64,000 nt of DNA from Squalus acanthias (GCA_030390025.1 CM059432.1:147438001-147502000), one strand, 5' to 3'; shown: positions 49,960 through 62,272, counted from the stretch's first letter. Numbers and translations: made by a program. Notes: generated from the sequence alone by a model not told the origin.

Positions 49960-52005
49960 GATCAACAAGTATTTTAAAACAAAAAGACAGAAAGAAAGAT
50001 TTTAAGAGAAGGGAGCACCATCCGTGGCTAACTAAGGAAGTAAAGGATGGTATCAAATTAAAAATGAAGGCATACAATGTTGCCAAGATTGGTGGGAGAT
50101 CAGAGGATTTGGAAATTTTTAAAAGCTAGCAAAGGATGACTAAAAAAATAATAGAGAGAGATGAATTATGAGAGTAAACTGGCAAGAAACATTAAAACAG
50201 ATAGTAAGAGCTTCTACAGGTATATAAAAAGGAAGAGGGTGGCTAAAGTAAATGTTGGTCCCTTAGAGGGTGAGACTGGGGAATTAATAATGGGGAATGG
50301 GGAAATGGCAGAGACTCTGAATAAATATTTTGTATCTGTCTTCTGAGTAGAAGACACTAACAACATCCCAATAATGGATAATCAAGGGGCCACAGGGAGG
50401 GGGGAACTAAAGACAATCACTATCACTAAGGAAATAGTATTTGGTAAAATAATGGGACTAAAAGATGACAAGTCCCCTGGACCAGATGGCCTGCATCCCA
50501 GGGTCTTAAAAGAAGTGGCTGCAGAGATAGTGGATGCATTGGTTGCAATATACCAAAATTCCCTGGACTCTGGAGAGGTCCCAGCGGATTGGAAAACCGC
50601 AAATGTAACACCCCTATTTAAGAAAGGAGGGAGACAGGAAGCAGGAAACTATAGACCAGTTAGCCTAACATCTGTCATTGGGAAAATGCTGGAGTCCTTC
50701 ATTAAGGAAGCAGTAGCAGGGCATTTGGAAAATTATAATGCAGTCAAGCAGAGTCAGCATGGTTTTATGAAAGGAAAACCATGTTTAACAAATTTGCTGG
50801 AGTTCTTTGAGGAGGTAACGAGCAGGATGGACAAAGGTGAACCAGTGGATGAGGTGTATTTGGATTTCCAGAAGGCATTCGATAAGGTGCCACATAAAAG
50901 GTTACTGCATAAGATAAGAGCTCACGGAATTGGGGGGTAATATATTAGCCTGGATAGAGAATTGGCTAACTAACAGAAAGCAGAGAGTCGGGATAAATGG
51001 GTCATTTTCTGGTTGGCAAAAGGTAACTAGTGGGCTGCCACAGGGATCGGTGCTGGGACCTCAACTATTTACAATCTACATTAATGACTTGAATGAAGGG
51101 ACCGAGTGTAATGTAGTCAAGTTTGTGGATGATACAAAGATGGGTGGGAAAGCGAGTTGTGCAGAGGACTCAAAGAACCTGCAAAGGGATATAGACAGGC
51201 TAAGTGAGTGGGGAAACATTTGGCAGATGGAGTATAATGTGGGAAAGTGCTAGATTATACACTTTGGCAGGAAAAATAAAAAAGCAAATTATTATTTAAA
51301 TGGAGAGAGATTACAAAATGCTACAGTTCAGAGGGACCTGGAGGTCCTTGTGCATGAAACACAAAAAGTTAGCATGCAGGTACAGCAAGTAATCAAAAAG
51401 GCAAATGGAATGTTGGCCTTTATTTCAAAGGGGTTGGAGTATAAAAGCAAGAAAGTCCTGCTACAACTGTACAGGGTACTGGTGAGAGCACACCTTGAGT
51501 ACTGCGTACAGTTTTGGTCTCCTTATTTAAGGAAGGATATACTTGCATTGGAGGCAGTTCAGAGACGATTCACTAGGTTAATTCCAGAGATGAGGGGGTT
51601 GACTTATGAGGAAAGGTTGAGCAGGCTGGGCCTATACTCATTGGAATTTAGAAGAATGCGAGGTGATCTTATTGAAACATATAAGATACTGAAGGGGCTT
51701 GACAAGGTAGATGCAGAGAGGATGTTTCCCCTCGTGGGGAAATCTAGAACTAGGGGGCATAGTTTCAGAATAAAGGGTCGCCCTTTTAGAACTGAGATGA
51801 GGAGGAATTTCTTCTCTCAGAGGGTCGTAAATCTGTGGAATTCTCTGCCCCAGAGAGCTGAAGATAAGGGAGTGAAGGATTATGGGGAGCGGGCAGCGAA
51901 GTGGCTTTGAGCCCAAGATCAGCCATGATCTTATTGAATGGCAGAGCAGGCTCGAGGGGCCAGCTGGCCGATTCCTGCTCCTATTTCTTATGTTCTTATG
52001 TTCTT
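49960..52005 (+). mobile_element. CR1 ORF2 RT region through the 3' tail
   Basis: ORFs 50374..50940, 50930..51253 and 51350..51910; KFVDDTK; (TTCTTATG)n tail; a few stops and a frameshift. Confidence 0.97.
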
Positions 52006-52536
52006 AAATTGTGAATTTCAGTTTTTTATGAGGGTCAGGGATGTTGCCTGGGAATGGAATTGCTGCAGTTTTTGCACACAGTGTCGGCATCCAATACTCT
52101 CCACTGAGGTTAGATGCAGCTGTGTTTACACTGGCCCAACTTTAGAAGAACAACCTTAACCGTATCAATGTGATATTCTCGTCTCCCATAGCAGGCCTCC
52201 CTGCGACAAGAGTGCACACGTTTGCCAATTTAGTGTCAATTAATGACAAATTAGCAGCTGTTTCGAGCCTATTGGGAACTGGGTTGAGATTGTCCAAACC
52301 TACTTAACATAGTCAATAGAGAGCCAGCAATTCCTTCAGTTTGGGTTGGATTGAAGCCCTGATCCCAGAAGTGAAAGGACAATTGCCTAACTCTGTTCTC
52401 TTAGCAAGCAACTCCATTAACTTTATTCTCGAGGGTCTCGTTAGTATGAATAAAAACAATGGCAAATTTGACTCAACAAACTAATATAGTAAAACTGCCC
52501 CTCAGATAATTACACTTTAAACCCACACAAGGTATC

Positions 52537-53263
52537 GGCCCTGAATTTCCGATCGGAGGCTTCCTATGGGCGGATGCCTCCGATCAGAAAAATATTCTAC
52601 GAACCTTCCTGCTGGTCCCGGAGATACCGAGGCTTCCGCTCCTGGGCCTCTCCTCTTCGAAATGCGCAGAGGCCCAGGTATCCCAGGGGTGCCTGCGGTT
52701 CACAAGCGCCCCTGGGATCACGTGGGCCAGCTCAACCAATGGAAGAAGGGAATCCTCCTTCAGACTTTTGACAGTTCTCTCCGCACGGAACTCTCAAAGG
52801 TAGGAATGGGGATGACTGCAAAAATGCATCAACACACTGAAATAAATGAAGATAAACCATTACATATATAAAATTAATTAAAATGGCATTTAATGTTAAA
52901 CAAAATTGAATTTTTTGATTTTTTTAAAATATGTTTTAACGGGGCTTATTGGACAAGGGTTTTTAATTTATAAGTGAGTGATAAAATCTTATTTTTCTAT
53001 TTTTGTAAACTCTTATGCTGCTTTTACCAGGCGTAAGAATTCTATGGACTTTCAGCGGGCGGAAGTTGAGCAAAAAGCGCGACTCTCCAGCCGCGGAGAC
53101 ACTTTTCCTGGGCATGCGTTGGATCTGTCAAGAGGATTCTTGACAGATCACAAGTTCCGGGTTTTAGCGCATATGCTTCACACGCCTAAACCCTGAACTT
53201 GCGCGGCCCCAATGGGCGCGTACACACCTCGTACACACCCGTGGGAGTCGGAAATTCACGGCC
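52537..53263 (-). mobile_element. Harbinger MITE family B, inverted copy
   Basis: TIRs GGCCCTGAATTTCCGA and TCGGAAATTCACGGCC; reverse-collinear with 58830-59592. Confidence 0.85.
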
Positions 53264-53496
53264 AGTAAGTGCCATTCTGAAGTATTTCCCCTGTGTTAGG
53301 TGTTGTACACATGCAATTAGTAGGACCTGTTTGAGCCCAAATGCTGCAGCCACAGTTAACCTGATGTCATTCTACAAATCCCCTTATTATGTATCTACAG
53401 TTATTTTGTTTCTTCTCAATTTGCAAATCAGAATATATCTTGGATTTTAATTCATAATAATTTGATTATATTATAAACTGTGTAGTAATCATTCCT

Positions 53497-53658
53497 ACGA
53501 TAGCAAAATACTGCGGATGCTGGAAATCCGAAATAACAACAGAAAACGCTGGAAAAACTCAGCAGGCCAGGCAGCATCCGTGGAGAGAGAAACAGAGTTT
53601 CTCTCTCCACGGATGCTGCCTGGCCTGCTGAGTTTTTCCAGTGTTTTCTGTTGTTATT
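53497..53658. mobile_element. Short Penelope family B fold-back insertion
   Basis: Palindrome centred near 53595; 14-bp TSD TAGTAATCATTCCT at 53483-53496 and 53659-53672. Confidence 0.92.
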
Positions 53659-54284
53659 TAGTAATCATTCCTTGTCAGGGAAGACCATCGATAATACAGA
53701 CTGTCAGCTTGAACAGAGTTTAGGGAGTTGTGCTCATTTTCCCCTTGGGAGTGAGAGGCAAATTTTCCGAACCTTTCCTTGGAACACTCTATGGAGACCT
53801 GTGGAGTCCCTGATAGGCTGGGTTTAATGGTTTGTTGAGCCGATTGTTGCTTTTCAAATTTATTTTGTCCTTATGAGAAGCTGAACTAAAGCCATTTCAT
53901 AGCTTTTAAACTGGCTTCATAACCAAGAAGAAATGTACACAAATATTGAAGCATTTGATGTGCTTGTGTTTTACAAGTGAGTAAGACCCAAGTAGTATTA
54001 CATCACTACCATAAGTGCACCTTACAACTTATTATTTCCAAATAAATGAAAAATTAACTTCTATCCACCTGTGTGGAATCTCCAGTCTGCTTTTACCGCC
54101 CTCTGCAATCTTTCTTGATATTTTTGCTGTTCAGCAATGCCTCTAGTTTGAACTTTACTGCACCAGAGACTTTGGAATACTTCCCTTATCTACCATTAAG
54201 GGAATTAAAAATATACATTTAAATTAAATATAATAAGTGAAGTTTTTTGATTTATTTTAAATAGTTTTTACTTTTATGAGGATT

Positions 54285-54755
54285 TATGAGGATATTGCCA
54301 GGACTGGAGAATTTGAATTATGTGGAAAGATTGGGTAGGCTGGGGTTGTTTTCTTTGGAACAGAGGAGGCTGAGGGGAGATTTAATTGAGGTGTATAAAA
54401 TTATGAGGGCCTAGATAGAGTGGTAGGAAGGACGTATTTCCCTTAGCAGAGAGGTCAATAACCAGGGGGCATAGATTTAAAGTAATTGGTAGAAGGATTA
54501 GAGGGGAGTTGAGGAGAACTTTTTTCACCCAGAGGGTGGTGGGGGTCTGGAACTCACTGCCTGAAAGGGTGGTAGAGGCAGAAATCCTCATCACATTTTA
54601 AAAGTACTTGGATATGCACTTGAAGTGCCGTAACCTACAGGGCTACGGACCAAGAGCTGGAAAGTGGGATTAGGCTGGAGAGCTCTTTTTCGGCCGGCAC
54701 AGACATGATGGGCCGAATGGACTCCTTCTGTGCCGTAAATTTCTATGATTCTATG
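54285..54755 (+). mobile_element. CR1 3' end
   Basis: LFSLEQRRLRGDLIEVYKI...FFTQRVVGVWNSLP; (ATTCTATG)n tail. Confidence 0.93.
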
Positions 54756-54828
54756 AAGCACTAGCCTTGTATTGTCAAGTCCTAGGAGAAGCCCAGACCC
54801 CTTTCACAGAGGCCAGACCAGTAGGCAA

Positions 54829-55290
54829 AACAACAACAACAACAACAACAATCTGCATTTACTTAGTGCCTTTAATGTTGTAAATCGTCCCCGAGGCACA
54901 TCACAGGAGCGATTATCGAACAAATTTGACACGAGCCACATAAGGAGGTATTAGGACAGATGACCAAAAGCTTGGTCAAAGAGGTAGGTTTTAAGGAGCT
55001 TCTTAAAGGAGGAGAGAGAGAAAGAGAGGCGGAGAGGTTTAGGTAGGGAATTCCAGAGCTTAGGGCCCAGGCAGCTGAAGGCACGGCCAGCAACGGTGGA
55101 GTGAAGGAAATCTGGGATGCGCAAGAAGCTAGAATTGGAGGAGCGCAGAGATCTCAGCGGATTGTAGTGCTGGAGGAGGTCACAGAGATAGGGAGGGGAA
55201 AGCCCATGGGGGGGGGGAATTTGAAAACAAGGATGATAATTTTAAAATCGAGGCGTTGCCAGACCAGCAGCCATTGCAGGTCATCAAGCA
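54829..55290 (-). mobile_element. L2-type LINE 3' end
   Basis: (CAA)n tail; same family as 43481-43836. Confidence 0.85.
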
Positions 55291-56189
55291 GAGTTCTGTT
55301 GTGTCATGGATAGGAAAGTATAAGGAGGGACTCTCCTTGCACTACTGTTGAGGCACTGGATATAGAATGCAGTAAGCGGAGGCTCGCAAATAGCTTACCT
55401 GTTTGAATTCTCACGGGGTAGGTGTGCAACACAGGGAGGAAATAAACCTATTAATGTATAAATTAACAATCATCTCTTGTTCTTTCCTGTTTCAGTGTAT
55501 TTCTGCTCCCTTTCCCTCTCCTGATTCAGTCTTCTCTGCAAAAGTGCTTGGTAGTTACTGAAGAATTGCATGTTGGAAAAACATTCATCTCCACTGTATT
55601 TTTTATTCTTTTTATATATTTTGTGTCTGAAATTTTTGTGAACATAGTAACTTAACGGTTACCATTTCCCTAATTTAAATTAATTATTCTTCCATTGAAT
55701 CTTAGCTGTTCATGTAAATTAGAGAAAACTTATGGGGGGGGGTGCTAAATATTTTGCATTGGCGATAAATATGATGGGGAGGGGGGGTCAAGAGTTCACA
55801 AGATAGTGGCAGATGATGCAGGCCATTTGTCCCATTTAGTTCATCCATCTAAAAGGACCCTAGAGTCTCCCTATTGCATCGTTTAGTTGTTTCCTAAATA
55901 ATTCCAGACCTCCACTACTTTGCCAGGAAGTCCACCCCAAGTGTTCATCGCTCTGTGTGAAGATGCCTCCGATATTACGCCGAAAGTTACCTTTTACTAG
56001 TTTGAACCTGTGTTCCCTTGTCCTACCCCCACTGCCTTGAATTGAAGTTGTATTCTGGATCAACCTCTTCCATACTATTTACAATCTTACACACCTCTAT
56101 AAAATCATCTTTGCCAGGCTGAACAACCCAAGTGTCTCCCAAGTGCTTCAGTTTTTTACCAGGCAGATAGAACAGGTGGACATGACATT

Positions 56190-56552
56190 GGATGATGAGA
56201 TTAGTAATGAGATAAGTGCATTTAAAATAAAAAGAGGGGATATATTAAATAAACTAATCAAACTCAAAGAGGATAAAACCCCTGGTCGGGATGGATTGCA
56301 AGGATGATACCAGAAATGCGAGGGTATAACTATCAGGAACGGATGAACAGGCTGGGTCTCTTTTCTCTTGAAAAAAGAAGGCTGAGGGGTGACCTAATAG
56401 AGGTCTTTAAAATTATGAAAGGTTTTGATACAGTAGATACAGAGAGAATGTTTCCACTTGTGGGGAAGAGCAAAACTAGAGGTCATCAATATAAGATAGT
56501 CACCAAGAAATCCAATAGGGAATTCAGAAGAAACTTCTTTACCCAGAGAGTG
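56190..56552 (+). mobile_element. CR1 ORF2 fragment with the RT core deleted
   Basis: KLKEDKTPGRDGL is fused near 56300 to RMIPEMRGYNYQERMNRLGLFSLEKRRLRGDL. Confidence 0.85.
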
Positions 56553-57070
56553 GGAGGGGGAGGGTTGGGGATCGGGGCTGGGAGGGGGGAGGTTGGGGAT
56601 CGGGGCTGGGAGGGGGGAGGTTGGGGATCGGGGCTGGGATGGGGGAGGTTGGGGGGAGGTTGGGGATCGGGGCTGGGAGGGGGGACGGGGGAGGTTGGGG
56701 ATCGGAGGGGGAGGGTTGGGGATTGGGGCTGGGAGGGGAGAGGTTGGGGATCGGGGCTGGTATGGGGGAGGTTGGGGGGAGGTTGGGGATCGGGGCTGGG
56801 AGGGGGGAGGGGGGAGGTTGGGGATCGGGGCTGGGAGGGGGGAGGGGGGAGGTTGGGGATCGGAGGGGGAGGGTTGGGGATCGGGGCTGGGAGGGGAGAG
56901 GTTGGGGATCGGGGCTGGGATGGGGGAGGTTGGGGGGAGGTTGGGGATCGGGGCTGGGAGTGGGGAGGGGGGAGGTTGGGGATCGGGGCTGGGAGGGGGG
57001 AGGTTGGGGATCGGGGCTGGGAGGGGGGAGGTTGGGGGGAGGTTGGGGATCAGGGCTGGGAGGGGGAGAG
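56553..57070 (+). repeat. G-rich minisatellite with G-quadruplex potential
   Basis: Variable unit GGTTGGGGATCGGGGCTGGGAGGGGGA; it produces spurious Gly/Trp ORFs. Confidence 0.92.
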
Positions 57071-57315
57071 GCTGCGATGTGGAAGGGGGAGAGAGGTCGG
57101 CAATTTCAGCATTATATTTTTAAAGGACAGGGGTTGAACTCTTCTTTCACTTTAACAGCAGATTTCTTCCACTGAGAGCTGAGTGAAGTAATGATGTCAC
57201 AGCACGTTTGCAAATAATGGCCTGTGAAATAAAAGAGTTCTCATAGATTCGTTTGCATAAAATACAAGGAAATATGTTTGCTGCATGTATATAATTAACA
57301 TATGGAATGAAAAAT

Positions 57316-57735
57316 GGAACTTGCATTTCTATAGCAGCTTTCATACCCTCAGAACATCCCAAAGCGCTTTACAGTGAATTAATTACTTTTGAAATGCAGT
57401 CACTGTTGTGTGGCCAGTGGTCCCACAAACAGCAGAGAATAATGTCCAGTTAGTCTGACTTGGTGGTGTTGGTTGAGGGAGGATGAGGGAGAAGTGTTGG
57501 CCAGGACTTCAGGAAAACACGTTACCTTTCTTCAAATAGTGTTACCCATCCATCTGCACAGGTAGACAGGCTTTGGCATATTGCCTCATCTGAAATGGAC
57601 ACTTCCGACAATGCAGCGCCCCCTCAGTACTGCATGGATGTGCCAGCCTAGATTATGTGCTCAAGTCCTGGAGTGAAGCTTGAACTAACAACCTTCTGAC
57701 TCAGCTGAGAGCGCTACCAACTGAGGCAAGTTGAC
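57316..57735 (-). mobile_element. Degenerate Deu-domain SINE
   Basis: Reverse match to 3978-4431. Confidence 0.75.
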
Positions 57736-58509
57736 ACAACCAACGTGAGGAACAAAGATGAGGTGGTATTGAAAAAGAGAATGATGTGTAAATTCTCCAA
57801 CCTCATGTTGCGAGTGGGGCGCAACAGTCAAAGGGAGCATGGTTTGGAAAATCACCATAGCAATGTTATAGCCCTATTTCTTGCTGCGCTACCTTTGAGA
57901 GCAGCTCTCTGCTTCAACACAGGGATGTTGAATTTATTGCGTATTCCCATGAGAAGCTCACATAGGTGTTCTTTACAAGTTGAATGTACAGCTTGACTCA
58001 TAGTGAATTTTGGCAACTTATGAATAACTATTGAACCTTCATTTCATTTCATAAATTATTTTCCATACTCAACACTCCGGTGATTTCTTCACATGGGTTG
58101 AGAATGTCATCCTCGATTGTTGAAATATTGTCCGTTTTGAAGAATGGTGCTTGCTTGTGACTTGATTCCCTTTGAGGTTTGACACACACGATGCATCTTT
58201 ATATTAGGGCTCTTCACGTACTTGCTGCATGTTTGCAAATATAGTGGATTGACTGAAGCTGATTCATCAAGAGATTGTGTTTGATGGGCTCAGCAGCATG
58301 AATGTTGCTGGGTCCCTGTCACTTTAAGGGTAGAGTAATAAAGTAGAAATGCTGATTAAATGTTCTTACATTTTTGATCCAATAGGTTATTCATAAGTTG
58401 TATACTGAGCCTCAAAAACCTCAGGCGTGACTTGTCAGTTAAATTCCCAGAGGCAGTGAATGTTGGTCTATACCATGCCTCATTTGTGCAGTTAGTGCAG
58501 TTTTATCAC

Positions 58510-58750
58510 TGTCAGCTGTCGGTGATAAAACTCTTGCCTCTGATTCAGAAGGTTGTGGGTTCAAGCCCCTACCCCAGAGATTTGAGCACATAATCCAGGC
58601 TGACACTCTAATGCAGTACTGAGGGAGTGCAGCACTGTCAGAGGTGCTGTCTTTCAGATGAGGTGTCAAAATGTATTTCATTCTGATGTGCTTTGGGACA
58701 TCCTGAGGATGTGAAAAGTGTTATATCATTGCAAGTTATTTCTTTCTTTA
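58510..58750 (+). mobile_element. Deu-domain SINE with internal deletion
   Basis: Head CTCTGATTCAGAAGGTTGTGGGTTCAAG; GTACTGAGGGAGTGCAGCACTGTCAGAGGTGCTGTCTTTC; tail GCTTTGGGACATCCTGAGG. Confidence 0.75.
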
Positions 58751-58829
58751 ATATGTATAAACAGTCTCTTGTATATAGTTATTCAATAATTTACCTCGGG
58801 AAGAAGTGCAAAGGTTCATGGTTCACAAT

Positions 58830-59592
58830 GGCCCGTATATTCCGATCCCTGCGGGTGGGTACGCGCTGTGTACACACCCGTAGGGACATCGGAAATGCCA
58901 GTTTCAGGCATGTGAAGCGCATGCGCTGAAAACCGGCATTTCCGATCTGTGAAGAATGCTCTTGACAGATCGGACGCCTGCCCTGGAGAAGGGCCTCTGC
59001 GGGCGGATAGTTTCGCTTTCTGGAGAACCTCCGCCCGCAGAAAACCCTTAGAAATCTTACGCCTGGTAAAAACCTGCGTAAGGCCTGCTTTTACCAGCAT
59101 AAAGTTGAAAAAAGTAAAAAAAGATTTTTTTTTCACTCATTTATAATTTTAAAATACTTCTAAAAAAGGTAAGTTTATTTTTAGCCCCGTATAAAACTTT
59201 AATTACTCTTTTTCAAAAAAATTGATTTTTGTTTAAAATATTTAATTTAATGTAATTTTAACTCATTTTAAAAACGTGATGGTTTTTTTAAAATGTATTT
59301 AATGTTTTGATGTGTTTTTGGGGTGATCTCCATTCATATATTTGACGGGTCTATTTGTCAAAAGTATGAAGGGTTGGTTCCCTTCTCCTATTGGCTGCCC
59401 TGGCCCACGTGATCCCAGGGATGCTTGCGAACCGCCTGCGCCCCTGGGATACGTGGGCCCTGCGCATTTCGACTGTGGAGAGGCCCAGGATCGGAAGTGT
59501 CCGGACCTCGGGAGCCCTCAGGTAAGAGCGTAGATTTTTTTCTGATAGGAGGCCTCCGCACGCAGGAAGCCTCCGATCGGAAATTATGGGCC
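58830..59592 (+). mobile_element. Harbinger MITE family B, complete
   Basis: TIRs GGCCCGTATATTCCGATC and GATCGGAAATTATGGGCC; 3-bp TSD AAT on both sides. Confidence 0.9.
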
Positions 59593-59916
59593 AATGTGTT
59601 GAGGTTTTAATGCAGTAAAGATTTAGATGCCTTACAGACCTTTTTCACTGGACTGGAGGGAGCAGAGCTTACAAACAAGAAGTTCTGGTTTACTTTCTGA
59701 ATGTTCATTAACTTCAGAGCAAAAACGAAAGGCGGAGGGACTCGCATTGATTGATGTGGAGAGCTGCCGATCAGTCGCATTTACAGAAAAAACAGTCACC
59801 AAAGCTTTCTTGTTGCCTCTTCCAGGAGATTACGTGGCTGCTGGTGGGTGAAGCGGGGGAGCTGGGGGTCATGGTGTAAAGTTGGTCTATATGGTCTATA
59901 TTCTTAAGGCTAATTC

Positions 59917-60069
59917 TATATTTCTTAAGGCTAAAGGGATCAAGGGATATGGGGAGAAAGCAGGGACAGGGTACTGAATTTGGATGATCAGCCATGATCG
60001 CATTGAATGGCGGAGCAGGCTCGAGGGGCCGAATGGCCTACTCCTGCTCCTATCTTCTATGATTCTATG
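59917..60069 (+). mobile_element. CR1 3' stub
   Basis: Matches 38878-39045; the 5' edge carries a short duplication TATATT(T)CTTAAGGCTAA. Confidence 0.9.
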
Positions 60070-60696
60070 AAAGTTGACTCTCTGGGACAGGTTCGATGGA
60101 CCAGCTGGTCTTTTCCTGTTTGTCATCGTCGTATGTACTTCAACCCAAACCAATAATTCAAGCAAGGTGAGCTAAGCTACATTGAGCCTCCGAGCTGTGG
60201 CATAGGATTAGGGCTCTCTTAGAAAACATTGTCCAGAGATTTACACAGGCAACTCTGAGCAACACTAAACATTGTATGTCGAATTTGTTAAGCTTTACGG
60301 TGTTAAAGTTACGATGAAATTTTCAGCTCCGGGAAAATTAAAAATGCAACACAGACCAACTTCAGAAATGTTTTGGAACAGGTTGATTGGCTAATCTTGT
60401 CTTTCCTTTTATTGGGAGCTGTTGCTAATTGGCGATTTTGGTTTGGTGTTTTATTTTTTAATTTCGCGATGGGTCATTTTCAATCCTGCGTGTTGCCTTC
60501 CAGTTGCTCTGCTGAGCACTAGTCGACGTTGCAACCAGATGGAAACCAACTGTCAACCACTTGTGATGTCAGTGCTTCTCTCTTGGTGCATTAAGTTAAG
60601 CAAACTATTTTGGATGAAATACGTTTGACTCATGCACTGTGGCAAATAATACTGTACTCGGCATTGCCCACAGGGCTAGAATATGATAGAGATGGA

Positions 60697-61000
60697 TAGA
60701 GAGGTGCTGTCTTTCGGATGAGGCATTAAACTGAGGCTCTGTCTGTCTGCTCGAGCGGATGTGAAAGATCCCATGGCAGTATTTGAAGAAGATTGTAGGA
60801 ATTTCCTCTGAGTCAACATTTATTTCTCCACCAACAACTCCAAGACAGACCATATGGTCATTTATCTCATTGCTGTTTGTGCGCAAATTGGCTCCCCACA
60901 TTACAACAGTGACTACACTTCGAAAGTAACACATCGGCTATGCAGTACTTGAGGACATTCTGAGGATGGGAAAGGCGCTATTTAAAGTAAGCTCTTTCAA
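60697..61000 (+). mobile_element. Deu-domain SINE 3' part
   Basis: GAGGTGCTGTCTTTCGGATGAG...AAAGATCCCATGGCA...AAAGGCGCTAT. Confidence 0.78.
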
Positions 61001-61059
61001 AGGGTGCTTGATTCAACTCCCCATTCCCCGCCCCCTGCAAAATGTTCATGTTTTTAAAC

Positions 61060-62272
61060 ATTGTTTTTATTCGTTCCTGGGATGTTGTCGTTGCTGGCGA
61101 GGCCAGCATTTATTGCTCATCCCTAATTGTCCTGGAGAAGGTGGTGGTGATCCACCTTCTTGAACCGCTTCAGTCCGTGTGGTGAAGGTGCTCCCACAGT
61201 GCAGTTAGGGAGTGAGTTCCAGGATTTTGACCCAGCGACGATGAAGGAACGGCCGATATATTTTCCAAGTCAGGATGGTGTGTGACTTGAAGGGGAACTT
61301 GGAGGTGGTGGTGTTCCCATGCGCCTGCTGCCCTTGTCCTTCTAGGTGGTAGAGGTCGCAGGTTTGGGAGGTGCTGCCGAAGAAGCCTTGGCGAGTTGCT
61401 GCAGTGCATCTTGAAGATGGTACACACTGCAGCCACGGTGCACCGGTGGTGGAGGGAGTGAATGTTTAAGATGGTAGATGGGGTGCCAATGAAATGGGCT
61501 GCTTTGTCCTGGATGGTGTCGAGTTTCTTGAGATTTTTTGGAGCTGCACTCATCCAAGCAAGTAGTGAGTATTCCATCACACTCCTGACTTGTGCCTTGT
61601 AGATGGTGGAAAAGCTTTGGGGAGTCAGGAGGTGAGACAGTCGTCGCAGAATACCCAGCCTCTGACCTGCTCTTGTAGCCACAGTACCTATGTGGCTGGT
61701 CCAGTTAAGTTTATGGTAAATGGTGACCCCCCAGGATGTTGATGATGGATTTTCGGCGATGGTAATGCTGTTGAATGTCAAGGGTCTGTGGTTAAACATA
61801 GAAACATAGAAACATAGAATCTAGGAGCAGGAGTAGGCCATTCGGCCCGTCGAGCCTGCTCCACCATTCAATACGATCATGGCTGATCATCCAAATCCAG
61901 TACCCTGTCCCTGCTTTAATACCCACAGTACACATATCCCACACTACCCCCGTAACCCCACGTATTTAATTCACCCTAACACGAAGGGTCAATTTTATCA
62001 TAGCCAAATCAACCTAACCCGCACATTTTTAGACTCTCTCTTGTTGGAGATGGTCATTGCCTGGCACTTGTGTGGTGCGAATGTTACTTGTCACTTATCA
62101 ACCCAAACTTGAATGTCATCCAGGTCTTGCTGCATGCGGACACAGACTGCTTCATTATCTGAGGAGTTCCAAATGGAACTGAACACTGTGCAGTCATCAG
62201 CAAACATCCCACTTCTGACCTTATGATGGAGGAAAGGTCATTGATGAAGCAGCTGAAGAAGGTTGGGCCTTG
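61060..62272 (-). mobile_element. CR1/Jockey-group LINE 3' part, interrupted at 61796-62030
   Basis: GPTFFSCFINDL, LNWTSHI..VATRAGQRLGILRR, IYKAQVRSVMEY, LDTIQDKA. Confidence 0.88.
61796..62030 (-). mobile_element. HE1/V-SINE-like 3' fragment with a CR1-derived tail
   Basis: Minus strand GTGCGGGTTAGGTTGATTTGGC..AAATTGACCCTT resembles the V-domain 3' part; then a CR1 3' UTR and (TTTCTATG)n. Confidence 0.6.

Noticed and set aside
55470..55560. Strong polypyrimidine acceptor at 55495
   Set aside because: No good donor and no recognisable peptide.
56304..57175. Gly/Trp-rich proteins
   Set aside because: All three frames stay open only because the G-rich repeat lacks stop codons.
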